Positions 61,959 to 64,000 of a DNA stretch of 64,000 bases are shown here, piece by piece. Both the position numbers and the translations under genes were made by a program. This DNA is from an uncultured Acidimicrobiales bacterium (GTDB taxonomy: Bacteria > Actinomycetota > Acidimicrobiia > Acidimicrobiales > UBA10347), in the NCBI GenBank assembly GCA_943788915.1, contig CALSSD010000007.1, positions 62,001 through 126,000 on the forward strand, written 5' to 3'. Every line of letters begins with the position of its first letter. The first letter of the stretch is position 1. The notes beneath the pieces were generated by a model, which saw nothing but the letters and a program-made list of their open reading frames with translations, was not told the DNA's origin and did not search any database.

Positions 61959-62387
61959 CTACGCCGACGCCATCGCTGTGTCGACCCATTGGCCGATCTT
62001 GGCCGCTGGTAACGCTCCGACTTGGCGACCGACTTCGATGCCCTGGTGATAGAGCACCATCGTTGGGATGCCTTGTACGCCGAGGCGACCAGAAACGGTC
62101 GGCTCCTCGTCGACGTTCACCTTTACGACTCGCAAAAAACCAGCGCGTGTGCGAGCGAGTTCCTCGAGTGCTGGCGCAACGGCGCGACACGGGCCGCACC
62201 ACGGGGCCCAAAGATCCACCAGCACCGGCATCGACGCAGTTGCAATGGTTTGGTCGAAGTCCGCGGTCGTCGCATTGGACAACCACGGCAGGTCGGTTTG
62301 ACACTTCCCGCATCGGGGGCGCCCTGACGACACCGTTGGTAGCCGGTTGCGCACGCCGCAATCGGGACAGTTGATTGTCTCGGCCAT
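61959..62387 (-). CDS. trxC: Thioredoxin 2 with N-terminal zinc finger
   Basis: CPDC...CGKC zinc finger plus WCGPC. Confidence 0.93.
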   Translation of the reverse strand: MAETINCPDCGVRNRLPTVSSGRPRCGKCQTDLPWLSNATTADFDQTIATASMPVLVDLWAPWCGPCRAVAPALEELARTRAGFLRVVKVNVDEEPTVSGRLGVQGIPTMVLYHQGIEVGRQVGALPAAKIGQWVDTAMASA

Positions 62388-62389
62388 GA

Positions 62390-62803
62390 TCAGGTGTGAT
62401 CGGGAAGCGCAGGCGGTGCGGTAAGCCTGGCTAGCGCATTATTGATGAGCTCCCGGGCCTGGGCGGCGATCGGCACCATCGCTTCGTTCTCGGTAATGGT
62501 GGCCATGAGGTTGGGGTCGAGTGCTTCGACCAGAACCCGGTCACCGTCTTGTCGCACAACGACGTTGCAGGGCAACAAAACACCTATCTGCGGTTCGAGC
62601 TCGAGCGCCCTGCTCGCGAGCGTCGGATTGCAGGCGCCAATGATCACATACGGCGCAATGTCCTTGTCGATCTTGGCCTTAAGCGTCTGTTGCATGTTGA
62701 TCTCGGTGAGGGTCCCGAAACCTTCCGCAGCAAGAGCGTGTTTGACAGCTTCAACAGCCTCATCGAACGGCTTCGACAGCGCGACAACTTCTTCAAAGAT
62801 CAT
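62390..62803 (-). CDS. DUF302 domain protein
   Basis: GFG.LTEI..Q.TLK.K, YVIIGACNP.LA, IG.LLPCNVVV. Confidence 0.9.
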   Translation of the reverse strand: MIFEEVVALSKPFDEAVEAVKHALAAEGFGTLTEINMQQTLKAKIDKDIAPYVIIGACNPTLASRALELEPQIGVLLPCNVVVRQDGDRVLVEALDPNLMATITENEAMVPIAAQARELINNALARLTAPPALPDHT

Positions 62804-62872
62804 CTGGTACTCGTAACAGTTGGGGGGTGACCCAAGCGTAAAGGCCACCCAACGGGCCCTCAAGGGCACAAA

Positions 62873-62900
62873 GTCGCAGGGTCACAGGGTCACAGGGTCA
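62873..62900. repeat. 8-bp tandem repeat (GTCACAGG) x about 3.5
   Basis: gtcgcagg gtcacagg gtcacagg gtca. Confidence 0.8.
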
Positions 62901-62901
62901 G

Positions 62902-64000
62902 CTACCCAAAGATGGGGTTGGGTCCATCCGACTCGCGGTGGACGGCGGCAGCGACACCGTCGATGACCGCCTGCATATTCGAGCGATGTTCGTTGATGCG
63001 ACGGTGCAGAATACGGGGCTCCTTGTCGGGCATCGACGCGATGGCCTGGCTGATACCAGACGGGCCGGGCCCCAGAGTCAGGGTGTAACGAAGCCGAGTG
63101 GCTCCTGCGATCCTGGCCAGTTCGAAGCACCAACGGGCGCCAGGGTTATCGGCATCTGACGTGACCCACCCGAACTCAACGAGGTTTTCGTAGCGATTGA
63201 TGAAACACGGCACGTCCCACTCACCGATCGCTTCATGTTTGTTCGACCCGATGAACTGTGCGCCAAGAGCGGGACCATCGACACCATCGGCCCATCGGGC
63301 ACCAACGAACTCAGGGCTGAACTGCGCACCGAAGTTAATGTCGGTGACCAGGTCCCAGACCTGTTGGATCGGCGCCTTAATATCGGCCTCGACGACGCAC
63401 CCAGGGCCGTCGGCCAGACAGGCCGGATCGCTGGGTCCAGATTCCCAGGTGTGCGCGTACTGATCGATAAAGGTGATGTCGCGCGCCGGGTAACGAGGCG
63501 CCTTCTTGAAATCGTCGCCGGTGTACCAAGCCACAGGAATCATTGCGATCTGGGTACTGGTCTCGGGAACACCCAGCACCTCTCGCAACTCATCGCTCTT
63601 GCCCAGAATTGCCGTGGTCCAGGCGGTACCCAGACCGCGCGCCCGAAGCGCAACGCAGAAACTCCACACCGACTGCACCACCGAGTCGAACAGGCCGGGC
63701 CTGCCACTGCCGTCGTGAACTCCCATGATGGTTGGTATGACGATCGCTGGAACCTCCGCCAGGTGTTCCGCCAGATAGGCCGCCGAATTCATCACTCGTT
63801 CTTGAGGATGGCCTGTGCCAGCGATCTTGTTGCGGGCGCCGATCATGAACTCGCCACCTGTGGCCATGTAGAGCTCGGCCAGCTGCGCTTTCACCTTTGG
63901 ATCACGCACCACGACCCACCGTCGGCTTCCTTGGTTGCCACCCGAAGGAGCCTGCTCAGCGACATCGATGCAGTCATAGATGATCTGATTGTCGACAGCA
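62902..64000 (-). CDS. Nitroreductase fused to an SRPBCC/polyketide-cyclase-like domain (5' end outside the window)
   Basis: QAPSGGN...WVVVRD, SFCVALRARGLGTAWTT, then VVEADIKAP..VWDLVTDI...FSPE..GARW..F.G.N..EFGW in one open frame. Confidence 0.82.
   Translation of the reverse strand, partial: AVDNQIIYDCIDVAEQAPSGGNQGSRRWVVVRDPKVKAQLAELYMATGGEFMIGARNKIAGTGHPQERVMNSAAYLAEHLAEVPAIVIPTIMGVHDGSGRPGLFDSVVQSVWSFCVALRARGLGTAWTTAILGKSDELREVLGVPETSTQIAMIPVAWYTGDDFKKAPRYPARDITFIDQYAHTWESGPSDPACLADGPGCVVEADIKAPIQQVWDLVTDINFGAQFSPEFVGARWADGVDGPALGAQFIGSNKHEAIGEWDVPCFINRYENLVEFGWVTSDADNPGARWCFELARIAGATRLRYTLTLGPGPSGISQAIASMPDKEPRILHRRINEHRSNMQAVIDGVAAAVHRESDGPNPIFG

Overview
High-GC (roughly 60%) bacterial chromosomal DNA, most likely actinobacterial and plausibly Acidimicrobiia (inferred from F420-dependent LLM/PPOX genes, a mycothiol-dependent MDMPI gene, an LAxTG-like sortase substrate and a septum-formation-domain protein). 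About 55 mostly catabolic genes. The centrepiece (24.5-33.1 kb) is a complete 4-hydroxybenzoate/protocatechuate 4,5-(meta)-cleavage cluster: pobA, ligA, ligB, ligC, ligI, ligU/fldA-like tautomerase, ligJ, ligK. It carries an inserted BesD/ArpA-like 2OG-Fe(II) oxygenase and a GntR repressor destroyed by deletion (missed by the ORF track), while candidate ATTGTnnACAA operators remain. Other content: a cysteine-dioxygenase-like cupin plus four-domain rhodanese pair, IclR plus a GlnA4-like gamma-glutamyl ligase, fhs-metF, a GntR-controlled GcvT-family amine dehydrogenase with etfBA, a membrane Ser/Thr kinase, a MoxR/DUF58 operon and a two-component system. An intact IS256 with an 8-bp target duplication splits a universal stress protein gene. 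There are four copies of a 31-33 bp REP-like palindrome and four deletion-scarred pseudogenes. About nine single-base frameshifts in otherwise intact genes look like long-read consensus errors. No rRNA, tRNA or CRISPR array was recognised. All calls come from motif recognition by eye; no database searches were run.
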